A DNA stretch of 64,000 bases from a bacterium (GTDB lineage: Bacteria > Patescibacteriota > Minisyncoccia > Phycocordibacterales > Phycocordibacteraceae). The notes beneath the pieces are model-generated. The model saw only the letters and a program-made list of their open reading frames with translations. It was not told the DNA's origin and did not search any database. Below, piece after piece: positions 33,023 to 42,313 of the stretch. The stretch lies in NCBI GenBank assembly GCA_021778295.1, contig JAJYCP010000001.1:66513-130512 (forward strand), in the 5' to 3' direction. Both the position numbers and the translations under genes were made by a program. Position 1 is the first letter of the stretch; every line of letters begins with the position of its first letter.

Positions 33023-34048
33023 ATGCCTCTCTTTTCTCCAAAGCTCGGTATCGACCTCGGGACGACCAATGTCCTCGTGTTCGTGCCGGGCAAGGGCGTC
33101 GTGATAAACGAGCCTTCGGTTGTCGCGGTGAGCAAGGCACATGGCAAGCACGGTGGCAACAAGATCCTTGCCATCGGTGCGGAAGCGAAACGGATGGTGG
33201 GCCGCACGCCCGACGACATCATCGCGTATCGTCCCATGAAAGACGGCGTCATCGCCGATTACCGCGTGACTGAAGCGATGCTGCGCTATTTCATGCGCAA
33301 AGCGCTCGGCAAAAACCCGTTCAAACCGACCGTGCTCGTTTCGGTTCCGGCGGGCGTGTCTTCAACCGAGAAACGCGCCGTCATCGAAGCGGCGATGAAA
33401 GCGGGCGCAAAAAACGCATTCGTGGTGAAAGAGCCGATACTCGCGGCTATCGGCGCGGGCATCCCCATTCATGAACCTATGGGGCGGATGGTGGTGGATA
33501 TCGGCGGCGGTACGATAGACGTCGCGGTGATCTCGCTTGGCGGCATCGTCGCTTCGACGTCCGTGAAATGCGCCGGCGATCGCCTCGACCGTGCGATTAC
33601 CGATCACGTCAAGAAGCAATACAATCTCGCCATCGGCGATAAAACTGCGGAAGAGATGAAGATAAAAATCGGCGCGGCGGTGCCGCTGAACGAAGAACTC
33701 ACGCTTGCGGTCAAGGGGCGTGACCTTATTTCCGGCTTGCCGCGCACCGTCGATGTCTCAACCAATGATCTCGTGCAGGCGATGGCGCGGGAATTGCGCG
33801 AAATGACGCAAGCGATACGCAAGGTCCTCCAGGATACGCCGCCGGAACTCGCCGCCGACATCATCGATAACGGCATCATCCTTACCGGCGGCTCCTCGCA
33901 GCTGCGCCAGATGCCGGAACTTGTGTACCGCCGCACGGGCGTCGTCGCCAAACTCGCGCAGGATCCTTACTACTGCGTCGCGCGCGGCACTGGTATCGCG
34001 CTCAAACATTTGAATACGTATCAGAAAAGCATTTTGGCAAAAAAATAG
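33023..34048 (+). CDS. mreB: Rod-shape protein MreB (copy 1).
   Basis: Actin-fold motifs LGIDLGTTN, VVDIGGGTIDVAV, ILTGGSSQL. Divergent from murA. Confidence 0.85.
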   Translation: MPLFSPKLGIDLGTTNVLVFVPGKGVVINEPSVVAVSKAHGKHGGNKILAIGAEAKRMVGRTPDDIIAYRPMKDGVIADYRVTEAMLRYFMRKALGKNPFKPTVLVSVPAGVSSTEKRAVIEAAMKAGAKNAFVVKEPILAAIGAGIPIHEPMGRMVVDIGGGTIDVAVISLGGIVASTSVKCAGDRLDRAITDHVKKQYNLAIGDKTAEEMKIKIGAAVPLNEELTLAVKGRDLISGLPRTVDVSTNDLVQAMARELREMTQAIRKVLQDTPPELAADIIDNGIILTGGSSQLRQMPELVYRRTGVVAKLAQDPYYCVARGTGIALKHLNTYQKSILAKK

Positions 34049-34071
34049 GCGCGCCGCGGTATACTCACCTC

Positions 34072-34767
34072 ATGCGGCATCATGCATTCGTTGTCGAAGC
34101 GGAGGCGGAAGAGGGGATTAAGATCGCGCAGGAATGGGCGGCGCGAGAGCTTGGGATGCAGGTACCGGGGAATCCGGACATCATCACGCTGCGCCACAGT
34201 CTTTTTTCGGTTGAAGACGCGCGGCGCGTCACGGAGCTTGCCGCGTCTGCGCCGTTTTTAGGCGAGTCCAAAGTCCTCATCGTAAGCGCACACCGCGCCT
34301 ATCACGAGGCGCAGAACGCGCTCCTGAAGCTTTTTGAAGAACCGCCGGAGGGCGTCTATCTTTTTCTCATTCTGCCGAGTCTGGGCGGGCTTCTGCCGAC
34401 GTTGCGTTCTCGCGTGCATGTCCTCGGCACCCCTGCGGCATTTCCGGCGGCCCGCAAAGCGGCCCGCAAAGCGGAAGGTGCCGCTGCGTTTATGACAGCG
34501 GGGAAAGAAGCGCGCAGCGCGCTCATCAAGAAACTTGCAAGCGGGAAAGACGAAGAGGCGCGGCGCGAGAATCGTGAAGAGGCCCTGCGCATCATAAATG
34601 GCATGGAGGCCGCCGCCTATGCCGCATTGAAAAAGTCCGGCGACGCGTCCGTCACCGCGTTTCTCTCGGATATTGCGACAGTACGCGGGTACCTCTACGA
34701 TCGGAGCGCCCCCGTGCGCATGATCCTGGAACACCTTTCGCTCGTCCTGCCGAAGAATTTGCTATGA
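34072..34767 (+). CDS. holB: DNA polymerase III delta'-like subunit (short form).
   Basis: Motifs LLKLFEEPPEG and LPTLRSR. Only 231 aa. TATACT sits 6 nt before ATG. Confidence 0.6.
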   Translation: MRHHAFVVEAEAEEGIKIAQEWAARELGMQVPGNPDIITLRHSLFSVEDARRVTELAASAPFLGESKVLIVSAHRAYHEAQNALLKLFEEPPEGVYLFLILPSLGGLLPTLRSRVHVLGTPAAFPAARKAARKAEGAAAFMTAGKEARSALIKKLASGKDEEARRENREEALRIINGMEAAAYAALKKSGDASVTAFLSDIATVRGYLYDRSAPVRMILEHLSLVLPKNLL

Positions 34768-34774
34768 TGCGCGT

Positions 34775-35326
34775 ATGGCATACGATTTCTCCGCGCTGAA
34801 AAAGAACATTAAAGAAACCGAAGAATGGCTCCTGCGTGAGCTGTCGGGAGTCCGCACCGGCCGCGCGGCGCCGGCCCTGCTCGATGGCGTGAAAGTCGAA
34901 GCATATGGCGCGCGCACGCCGCTTGCGCAACTCGCTTCCGTTTCTATCGAGGACGCGCGCACGCTCCGCGTCATTCCCTGGGACAGCGCGCTTCTGAAAG
35001 CGATCGAGAAAGGCATTACGGAAGCGGATCTCGGCGTCGGCGTTGCGACCGATGATCAAGGCCTGCGGATATCATTCCCCGAGCTCACGAGCGAGCGGCG
35101 CACGCAGCTTTTGAAGATTGCGGGCGATAAAACCGAACAAGCGAAAGTGACACTTCGCTTACACCGCACCGATGCGCTGCATGCGCTCGATGCGCTTTCG
35201 AAAGACGGGGGGACCGGCAAGGACGAAATCGCGCGGCTGCGGAACGAGGTTCAAAAACTCATCGACGCAGGCACCGATACACTTGGCGAAGCCCTCAAGA
35301 AAAAAGAGGCCGAAATCGCCCGCTAG
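34775..35326 (+). CDS. frr: Ribosome recycling factor.
   Basis: 183 aa: ...LSGVRTGRAAPALLDGVKVEAYGARTPL... A canonical RRF. Confidence 0.9.
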   Translation: MAYDFSALKKNIKETEEWLLRELSGVRTGRAAPALLDGVKVEAYGARTPLAQLASVSIEDARTLRVIPWDSALLKAIEKGITEADLGVGVATDDQGLRISFPELTSERRTQLLKIAGDKTEQAKVTLRLHRTDALHALDALSKDGGTGKDEIARLRNEVQKLIDAGTDTLGEALKKKEAEIAR

Positions 35327-35330
35327 CCCG

Positions 35331-36419
35331 ATGGAGGTACTTATTTTTATCGCCGTTATCGTTGCACTCATCGTGGTGCACGAATTCGGACATTTCATCG
35401 TCGCGAAACTTTCAGGGATGCGCGTCGATGAATTCGGACTCGGCTACCCTCCGCGCGCCGCGGTCATCGGGAAGATAGGCGAGACCGTATACACGCTCAA
35501 CTGGCTTCCGTTTGGCGGTTTTGTAAAAATTTACGGCGAAGACGGCGGCGGGAGCGGTTCGCGCGCATTCTCCGCGCGGCCGCGCGTGCTGCAGGCATTG
35601 GTGCTTATCGCCGGCATCGCAATGAACCTCCTTTTCGCGTATGTGCTTATCACCGGCGCTCTCGTGTCCGGGACTCCTCGTGCACTCTCCGCAAGCGAAG
35701 TCGCGCATGCGCGGGACGTCTCGCTCGCAGTGGCGGATGTGCTTCCCGGCACGCCTGCCGCACGTGCGGGGCTTCTCCCCGGCGATTCCATTTTAAGCGC
35801 GAAAGACGCGGCGGGAGAATGGCACGCCACGGATCCTGCGAGCTTCTCGGCGTTTATTGCCGCGAGTGGCGGGGGAAAAGTCGCATTGTCCATAAACCGC
35901 GCTGGCAGCGATCTCTCAGTTTTAGCGACGCCCTCAAACGGTATCGTCCCCAACGATCCCGCACGCTACGCGCTCGGCATCGAAGTCGCCACCATCGGTA
36001 CGGTACCGCTTTCTTTTGGTGCGGCGGTCACGCAAGGCGCTTCGCTTACCTGGGGTGCGACCGTTCTCACTGCGCAAGGACTGTGGCATTTTTTCTACGG
36101 CATCTTTACGTTCCGGGCGAATCTCTCGCAGGTGGCGGGCCCTATCGGCATCGCGAGCGCGGTCGGTTCCGCATCGGCGCAAGGACTCGGCGACCTCCTT
36201 TCGCTCATGGCGATTATCTCGATCAATCTCGCGCTCATAAATCTCATTCCCATTCCCGCTCTTGACGGCGGACGGCTGCTTTTCGTTCTCATCGAAAGCG
36301 TCATCCGCCGGCCCATCAAACCGAGCGTTGCGCGCACGGTGAATGCGATCGGTTTCGTATTTCTCATCCTGCTCATGGTCGTTGTGAGCGCTCACGATAT
36401 CTTCAGGATCGTCGGCTAG
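35331..36419 (+). CDS. rseP: RIP metalloprotease RseP (site-2 protease).
   Basis: HEFGH zinc motif in TM1. PDZ-like segment. LDGG motif near the C-terminus. Confidence 0.85.
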   Translation: MEVLIFIAVIVALIVVHEFGHFIVAKLSGMRVDEFGLGYPPRAAVIGKIGETVYTLNWLPFGGFVKIYGEDGGGSGSRAFSARPRVLQALVLIAGIAMNLLFAYVLITGALVSGTPRALSASEVAHARDVSLAVADVLPGTPAARAGLLPGDSILSAKDAAGEWHATDPASFSAFIAASGGGKVALSINRAGSDLSVLATPSNGIVPNDPARYALGIEVATIGTVPLSFGAAVTQGASLTWGATVLTAQGLWHFFYGIFTFRANLSQVAGPIGIASAVGSASAQGLGDLLSLMAIISINLALINLIPIPALDGGRLLFVLIESVIRRPIKPSVARTVNAIGFVFLILLMVVVSAHDIFRIVG

Positions 36420-36468
36420 CGAGGGCTCTTTTGCGCTTACTGCACGGGCAGCATATACTGCGTTGCAT

Positions 36469-37719
36469 ATGCGCCAATCGAAACTCTTCACCAAAACGCG
36501 CCGCGAGGCGCCCGCGGGCGAGGTCGCGAAGAATGCGCAGCTTCTCGTGCGTGCGGGCTACATCCATAAGGAGATGGCGGGCGTGTATTCCTATCTCCCG
36601 CTCGGCCGTCGGGTCCTCACGCGTATCGAGAACATCGTGCGCGAAGAAATGGATGCCATCGGCGGACAAGAAATCCGCATGGCGACATTGCACCCTTCAG
36701 AAAATTGGAAAACGACCGGCGGGTGGGATGGCGTGGATGTGCTCTTCAAGATCCAGAGCCGTACCGAAAAAGAGTACGCGCTCGGCCAGAGCGAGGAAGA
36801 GATCGTGACGCCTATCGCGCAAGAATTCGTTACTTCCTATAAAGATCTGCCCGTCGCGTTGTATCAGATAGGGCAGAAGTATCGCGACGAATTGCGTGCG
36901 AAGTCCGGCATCATGCGCGGTCGGGAGTTCGGTATGAAAGATATGTACAGTTTCCACCAGACGCAGGAGGACTTCGAGCGTTTCTACCAGATCGTAAAAG
37001 ATGCGTATTTCAGGATTTATAAACGCTGCGGACTGACCGCGAAAGTGACCGAGGCCTCCGGAGGAAATTTCAGCGAAAAAATCTCATACGAGTTCATGGT
37101 GCTTACGGATGCGGGCGAGGACGATATTGTCTTTTGCAATGCATGCGAGTTCTGTGCGAATGCCGAAGTCGCGCAGGTGAAGGCAGGCGACGTATGTCCT
37201 CGGTGCGGGAAAGAGAACGTACAAGCGGCGCGCGCAGTTGAAGCGGGCAACGTGTTCGATCTCGGGCAGAAATATCCGAAAGCGTTCGGATTTACGTATA
37301 AAGACAAAGAAGGGAAGGCCCAAACGCCTATCATGGGCTGTTACGGGATTGGCACTACGCGGCTTATGGGCACTCTCGTGGAGGTCTTTGCGGACGAGAA
37401 GGGTATCGTATGGCCGGAGAACGTAGCGCCATTTGCGGTGCACCTGGTCTCTTTGGGCCAGTCGGGAGATGAAGTAGCAAAGACAGCCGATGCGCTCTAT
37501 GAGGATCTGACGAAAGCCGGAGTTGAGGTCCTGTACGATGATCGCGACGTGCGCGCCGGAGAAAAGTTCGCGGAGAGCGACTTGCTCGGCATCCCGCAGC
37601 GCATCGTCGTGGGGAAAGACGCGGCGACAACCGGAGTTTTTGAAGTGGTATCTCGTGCGACCGGGGTAGCGACGAACATGCCACGCGCAGAGCTCCTCGC
37701 TTCGTATATAAAAAAATAA
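36469..37719 (+). CDS. proS: Proline--tRNA ligase, short form lacking the INS editing domain.
   Basis: MRQSKLFTKTRREAP... class II motifs. Zn-ribbon insertion CNACEFC...CPRCGK. C-terminal anticodon-binding domain. 416 aa from ATG 36469. Confidence 0.85.
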   Translation: MRQSKLFTKTRREAPAGEVAKNAQLLVRAGYIHKEMAGVYSYLPLGRRVLTRIENIVREEMDAIGGQEIRMATLHPSENWKTTGGWDGVDVLFKIQSRTEKEYALGQSEEEIVTPIAQEFVTSYKDLPVALYQIGQKYRDELRAKSGIMRGREFGMKDMYSFHQTQEDFERFYQIVKDAYFRIYKRCGLTAKVTEASGGNFSEKISYEFMVLTDAGEDDIVFCNACEFCANAEVAQVKAGDVCPRCGKENVQAARAVEAGNVFDLGQKYPKAFGFTYKDKEGKAQTPIMGCYGIGTTRLMGTLVEVFADEKGIVWPENVAPFAVHLVSLGQSGDEVAKTADALYEDLTKAGVEVLYDDRDVRAGEKFAESDLLGIPQRIVVGKDAATTGVFEVVSRATGVATNMPRAELLASYIKK

Positions 37720-37720
37720 T

Positions 37721-38773
37721 ATGGCACGATTTTCAAAAAATTCGCTCTTCAGCAGTGATATCGCGATCGATCTCGGAACGGCGAATACGCTTGTGTACGT
37801 ACGCGGGCGCGGCGTGGTCATAAACGAGCCCTCGGTGGTTGCGGTCAACGATAAGACCAATCAGGTCGTCGCAGTGGGGAAGGAGGCGAAAACGATGCTC
37901 GGCAAAACGCCCGCGCACATCCGTACCGTGCGTCCGTTGCTGCACGGGGTCATCTCCGACTTTGAAGTCACCGAGGAACTTCTCACATACTTCATCAATA
38001 AAGCGCATGGCGGCCACGCGCGGCTATTTGGCCCACGGGTCGTTATCGGCGTACCGACCGGAGTGACCAATGTGCAAAGCCGCGCCGTACGTGATGCGGC
38101 ACGGAATGCCGGCGCGCGCGAAGCGATTATCATTGAAGAAACGGTTGCTGGGGCTATCGGCGCAAAGCTGCCGGTCGCCGAGGCGACCGGCACGATGGTG
38201 CTCGACATCGGCGGCGGCACCACCGATATCGCCGTCATCGCGCTCGGCGGTACGGTTGCAAGCAAGAGTTCGCAGGTTGCCGGTGACAAGCTGAATGAGA
38301 ATATCATCGATTTTGTGCGCAGCGAGTTCAAGCTCGGCATCGGCGAACGGACCGCCGAGGATATAAAAATAGCCATCGGCGCAGTCACGCCGCTTACGGA
38401 AACCCTCACCAAAAGCGTGCGCGGGCGCGACTACGCGACGGGACTTCCGCGCGAAGTGACGCTCACCGACGTACATATCCGCGAAGCCATCGCGCCCTCT
38501 CTTGATGCGCTCATGGACACGATAAAAGAGGTGATAGAAGCAACGCCGCCCGAGCTCCTCTCCGATGTCCTTCAGCATGGCGTCACCGTCTTTGGCGGCG
38601 GAGCGCTCCTGCGCGGTCTGCCGCAGATACTCGCAAAAATGCTCGGTGTGCCGGTAAAAGTGACCCCCGATCCTTTGACTACGGTCGTGCGCGGGGCAGG
38701 CATCGTGACCGAAAATCCGATGCCCTATGTAGATTTTTTCATCGATGAAGAAGATATTCTCAGCGAAGCGTAA
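37721..38773 (+). CDS. mreB: Rod-shape protein MreB (copy 2).
   Basis: Motifs IDLGTANTLVYV, MVLDIGGGTTDIAV, VFGGGALLRGL. Immediately upstream of mreC. Confidence 0.85.
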   Translation: MARFSKNSLFSSDIAIDLGTANTLVYVRGRGVVINEPSVVAVNDKTNQVVAVGKEAKTMLGKTPAHIRTVRPLLHGVISDFEVTEELLTYFINKAHGGHARLFGPRVVIGVPTGVTNVQSRAVRDAARNAGAREAIIIEETVAGAIGAKLPVAEATGTMVLDIGGGTTDIAVIALGGTVASKSSQVAGDKLNENIIDFVRSEFKLGIGERTAEDIKIAIGAVTPLTETLTKSVRGRDYATGLPREVTLTDVHIREAIAPSLDALMDTIKEVIEATPPELLSDVLQHGVTVFGGGALLRGLPQILAKMLGVPVKVTPDPLTTVVRGAGIVTENPMPYVDFFIDEEDILSEA

Positions 38774-39584
38774 CGCGCTCCTATCGTCCGCGACGATTTC
38801 ATGGGGCGGGGGCGCGCTCGCGCTCGTTCTCATCATCCTTTTGGTGCGATTCGCCGCACCAAATATCTTTTGGCGCGCCTTCGCGCCGGTATTCCATGCG
38901 GCGGATACGCTCGCTCTCGCGAGCCATACCTTTGCCGCAAGTTTCGGTACTGCCGCGGCACTTACCCTCCAGAACGAACGACTAACGAGCGAAAACAGCG
39001 CTCTTGCGAGCGAGAATCAAGCGCTTTCCCAGAAAATAGTGAACATTTCCGCGCTTTCCGGTTTTTCCGTACCGCAACAGCATGCTTCCGGAATTTTAGC
39101 CGGCGTTCTCGCTCATCCGCCCGTGAGCCCGTACGACACACTCGTGCTTTCCGCCGGCTCGACTGCGGGAGTGCGCAAAGGCATGGAAGTATTCGGAGCC
39201 GGCGGTGTGCCGCTTGGCGTCGTCGAAACGGTCCTCGCCGACTTTTCGCGTGCGGTGCTTTTTTCAGCGCCCGGCATGTCGACGTACGGCTGGGTCGGGA
39301 AGGCAAGCAGCCCGGTGACGCTTGTGGGCGAAGGAGCGGGTACCATGAGCGCATTGATGCCACGATCCGCAAACATCATTGTCGGCGACAGCGTTTTTGT
39401 CCCCGGGCCGGGCATGCTCCCCATCGGAAGCGTCGTGCGCATCGACGACGAGCCCTCGTCGCCTTCGGTAACGCTGCGCATCATGCTTTCGCAAAATATT
39501 TTTTCAATTCCTTGGGTACTCGTGCGCGATAGCGGTACGGCACTTCAGGGTCCGCTCTTTTCGGCGACTTCGACACTGCCATGA
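38745..39584 (+). CDS. mreC: Rod-shape protein MreC.
   Basis: N-terminal TM and coiled coil (LTSENSALASENQALSQK), then a beta-rich domain. Sits between mreB and mreD/PBP2. The start overlaps mreB by 29 nt, so the exact start is uncertain. Confidence 0.65.
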   Translation: MKKIFSAKRNALLSSATISWGGGALALVLIILLVRFAAPNIFWRAFAPVFHAADTLALASHTFAASFGTAAALTLQNERLTSENSALASENQALSQKIVNISALSGFSVPQQHASGILAGVLAHPPVSPYDTLVLSAGSTAGVRKGMEVFGAGGVPLGVVETVLADFSRAVLFSAPGMSTYGWVGKASSPVTLVGEGAGTMSALMPRSANIIVGDSVFVPGPGMLPIGSVVRIDDEPSSPSVTLRIMLSQNIFSIPWVLVRDSGTALQGPLFSATSTLP

Positions 39585-39835
39585 TGCGCGGCGCGTTCAC
39601 ACTCGCCACGCTCGCTTCGGTCATATTTTTCCCCTGGCCGCTTACCGCCGTCCTCATGCTTGTCTCTTCCCTCGTCGAGCCGCTCGTACCGCTCGCTGCC
39701 GGAATTTTTACCGATACGCTTTATTACACGCCGAAAGCCGGAGTACTACCGTTCTTCACCCTTTTCGGGGCATTGGTAACCGTTGTGGCGCTTCTCGTGC
39801 GTAGTCGGCTTCGAACGGGTATCATCAGAGGATGA
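39581..39835 (+). CDS. mreD: MreD-like small membrane protein.
   Basis: 84 aa, 3 TM helices. ATGA overlaps with mreC and PBP2. Assignment rests on position. Confidence 0.45.
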   Translation: MMRGAFTLATLASVIFFPWPLTAVLMLVSSLVEPLVPLAAGIFTDTLYYTPKAGVLPFFTLFGALVTVVALLVRSRLRTGIIRG

Positions 39836-41526
39836 AATGGCGGCGTACGCGGCGGCGAGATCCTGAGATCGCTCCCGATGAAATATTTCTTGATGCGTCG
39901 AATGCGCCGGATTTTGACCGCGCGCGATTCGAGGGGCGGCTCGAGAAACCGCTTTCGCGCGGAACGTTTCTGACGCTCTCGCTCACGCTCGCGTTTCTGC
40001 TTGGCATCCTCATCATCCGTTCATGGAATCTTGAAATTACCAATGGCGCCGCTTTTGCCGCCGAGAGCGCCCATAACAGCCTCGAAGTGACGACATTGTT
40101 CGCGTCGCGTGGCGTCATCACCGATCGTTACGGAAATATACTTGCCAACAATGTTGCCAAAGCGGACGGCAGCACGATACGCAATTACCCGGTACCTTCT
40201 CTCGGTCAGATCATCGGGTATGTCTCGTATCCGAAGAAAGATTCGCATGGTGTGTATTACGATACGCGCGAAACCGGCATTGCCGGACTTGAAGCGGAGT
40301 ACGATTCATTCCTCGCCGGCACAAACGGCCACATTCTCACCGAGCGGGACGCGTTCGGTAATATCCGTTCAGAAGGAGGTATCATTCCCGCAAAAGACGG
40401 AGGGACGCTCAAACTGTCGATCGACGCGCCGCTTGAACAGCTTTTCGCGCGCGCCATTACGGATGTCGCGCGCAAACAGCACTTTATGGCCGGCGCCGGC
40501 GTCATCATGGACGTACACTCCGGCGCGATACGCGCTATTTTTTCCTATCCGAGCTATGACCCGAACGTCATGGCGAACGGGGGTCCCGCGGCCACCATCA
40601 ACGCCTACAACACCGATCAAGGCTATCCTTTCCTCGACCATGCGGTGCAGGGCGTGTACGCGCCCGGTTCCATTGTGAAGCCGTTTATCGCTTCCGGAGC
40701 GCTCACCGACGGAATCATTACGCCGAGTACCACTATTGACGATCCCGGCTTCCTTTCGCTGCCTGACCCTTATCATCCCGGCAAGACGTTTATCTACAAA
40801 GGGTGGAAAGCGCTCGGCATAGTCGATGTGAGAAAAGCAATCGCCTGGTCCTCGGATGTTTTCTTCTACACGGTCGGCGGCGGCTTCGGAAAACAAAAAG
40901 GCCTTGGCATCGACCGGCTCGACTACTGGTATCGGCAATTCGGTTTCGGGCGGCCGACCGGCATTGATTTGCCGGAAGAGGCAAGCGGACTGGTCCCCAG
41001 TCCCGCATGGAAGGAAAAAACGCTCGGCGAACCGTGGTATCTCGGCGATACATACTTCACGGCAATCGGACAATACTCAATGCAGGTAACGCCACTCCAG
41101 ATAGCGCGCGCCACCGCTGCGATAGCCAACGACGGGAAGCTCTATACTCCGACCTTGCTCGCGGGGCAGACGCCCTCGTATGTGACCGTACCGGTAGCCA
41201 CTTCGACGTTTGCCGTTGTGCGCGAGGGGATGCGCGAAGGTGTGACCGGTGCGCTCGCGCAGGCGATCAACCTCCCGTACGTGAGCGTGGCGGCAAAGAC
41301 CGGTACCGCGCAAACAGGCGTACACAACCAGTATGACAATGCGTGGGTTGAAGGATTTTTCCCATACCATAATCCGCAATACGCCTTTTCGGTCGTACTT
41401 GAACGGGGGCCAAACGGCGCAGGCGAACAGGCGGTGAATGTCATGCGTGAACTTTTCGACTCCCTTCACGCTGCCAACTCGCCCTACGTCGGCGGAACTG
41501 CCACCACCACAGCGCTCGCGCCCTAA
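39832..41526 (+). CDS. mrdA: Penicillin-binding protein 2 (elongation transpeptidase).
   Basis: SxxK GSIVKP, SxN SSD, KTG AKTGTA. N-terminal TM and dimerisation domain. 564 aa. Confidence 0.85.
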   Translation: MKWRRTRRRDPEIAPDEIFLDASNAPDFDRARFEGRLEKPLSRGTFLTLSLTLAFLLGILIIRSWNLEITNGAAFAAESAHNSLEVTTLFASRGVITDRYGNILANNVAKADGSTIRNYPVPSLGQIIGYVSYPKKDSHGVYYDTRETGIAGLEAEYDSFLAGTNGHILTERDAFGNIRSEGGIIPAKDGGTLKLSIDAPLEQLFARAITDVARKQHFMAGAGVIMDVHSGAIRAIFSYPSYDPNVMANGGPAATINAYNTDQGYPFLDHAVQGVYAPGSIVKPFIASGALTDGIITPSTTIDDPGFLSLPDPYHPGKTFIYKGWKALGIVDVRKAIAWSSDVFFYTVGGGFGKQKGLGIDRLDYWYRQFGFGRPTGIDLPEEASGLVPSPAWKEKTLGEPWYLGDTYFTAIGQYSMQVTPLQIARATAAIANDGKLYTPTLLAGQTPSYVTVPVATSTFAVVREGMREGVTGALAQAINLPYVSVAAKTGTAQTGVHNQYDNAWVEGFFPYHNPQYAFSVVLERGPNGAGEQAVNVMRELFDSLHAANSPYVGGTATTTALAP

Positions 41527-41736
41527 AACCCATTTCAAACCCCCGCTCGGGTATGCGACAGAAAGGAGTACGCCGTCTTTTTCTGCTGAAAAAGCGGCTC
41601 GTACTCGTCCCCGTTACCACAGAGAGTACTTCCACGTTTCTAACTCGCTCCGCTCGTAAGAAACGTGTAGTCGCGGGCTCCGAGAGCCTCTTTCTGCCGC
41701 ATACGCCTCGCGGGGAGGTTGGGGTTTGAAATGGGC
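41527..41736. repeat. MITE/REP-like palindromic element, copy B (longest, with terminal inverted repeats).
   Basis: AACCCATTTCAAACCCCC...GGGGTTTGAAATGGGCC termini are reverse complements. The interior carries the family hairpin. Starts at the nucleotide after the mrdA stop. Confidence 0.75.
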
Positions 41737-41801
41737 CTTACCACATTGGCTTGCGCTTCGGACGCCCTCGCGTACAATGTGCGCACCGAGCCCACCTACT
41801 T

Positions 41802-42275
41802 ATGGCAGATGTACAAGATTCCGTCGTCTCACGGGAGAAATTCGATGAGATGGTAAAAGAACTCGAACACCTCAAGACGGTGCGTCGTACCGAGATCGCA
41901 AAAAATCTGGAGTATGCTCGCGCGCTTGGCGACCTTTCGGAAAACGCGGAGTATCAAGAAGCGCGCGACCTGCAGGCCGCAACCGAGGAGCGCATCAAAA
42001 AGCTTGAGGAACTGGTGAAGTACACGAAGATCGTCACTGAAGGCAAAAAGAAAAGCGAAGTCAGTTTCGGTTCGAAAGTGGCGATTAAAAAAGAAGGAAG
42101 TACGGAAATACATGAATACACCATCGTCGGCAGCGAAGAAGTCGACATGCGCGTAAAAAAGCTCTCGCATATTTCACCGCTCGGCGCCGCTCTGATGGGA
42201 AAGAAAAAAGGCGATGTATTCACATTCCAAACCCCCGCCGGCAAGCAGACCTACATCATTGAGAAAGTGAGCTAA
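41802..42275 (+). CDS. greA: Transcription elongation factor GreA.
   Basis: N-terminal coiled coil (LGDLSENAEYQEARD) and a C-terminal FKBP-like domain. ATG at 41802. Confidence 0.85.
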   Translation: MADVQDSVVSREKFDEMVKELEHLKTVRRTEIAKNLEYARALGDLSENAEYQEARDLQAATEERIKKLEELVKYTKIVTEGKKKSEVSFGSKVAIKKEGSTEIHEYTIVGSEEVDMRVKKLSHISPLGAALMGKKKGDVFTFQTPAGKQTYIIEKVS

Positions 42276-42313
42276 GATTTTTCGCCGGCAGGCCGGATGC
42301 TATAGTGATGCGT

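Noticed and set aside
35934-36808. Multiple long ORFs (186 aa minus, 96 aa minus, 125 aa plus) across the rseP/proS junction.
   Set aside because: They are antisense or off-frame relative to strongly supported rseP and proS. They are Arg-rich and low-complexity.
40369-41073. A 234-aa minus-strand ORF inside the PBP2 gene.
   Set aside because: It is antisense to a gene with intact SxxK/SxN/KTG motifs.
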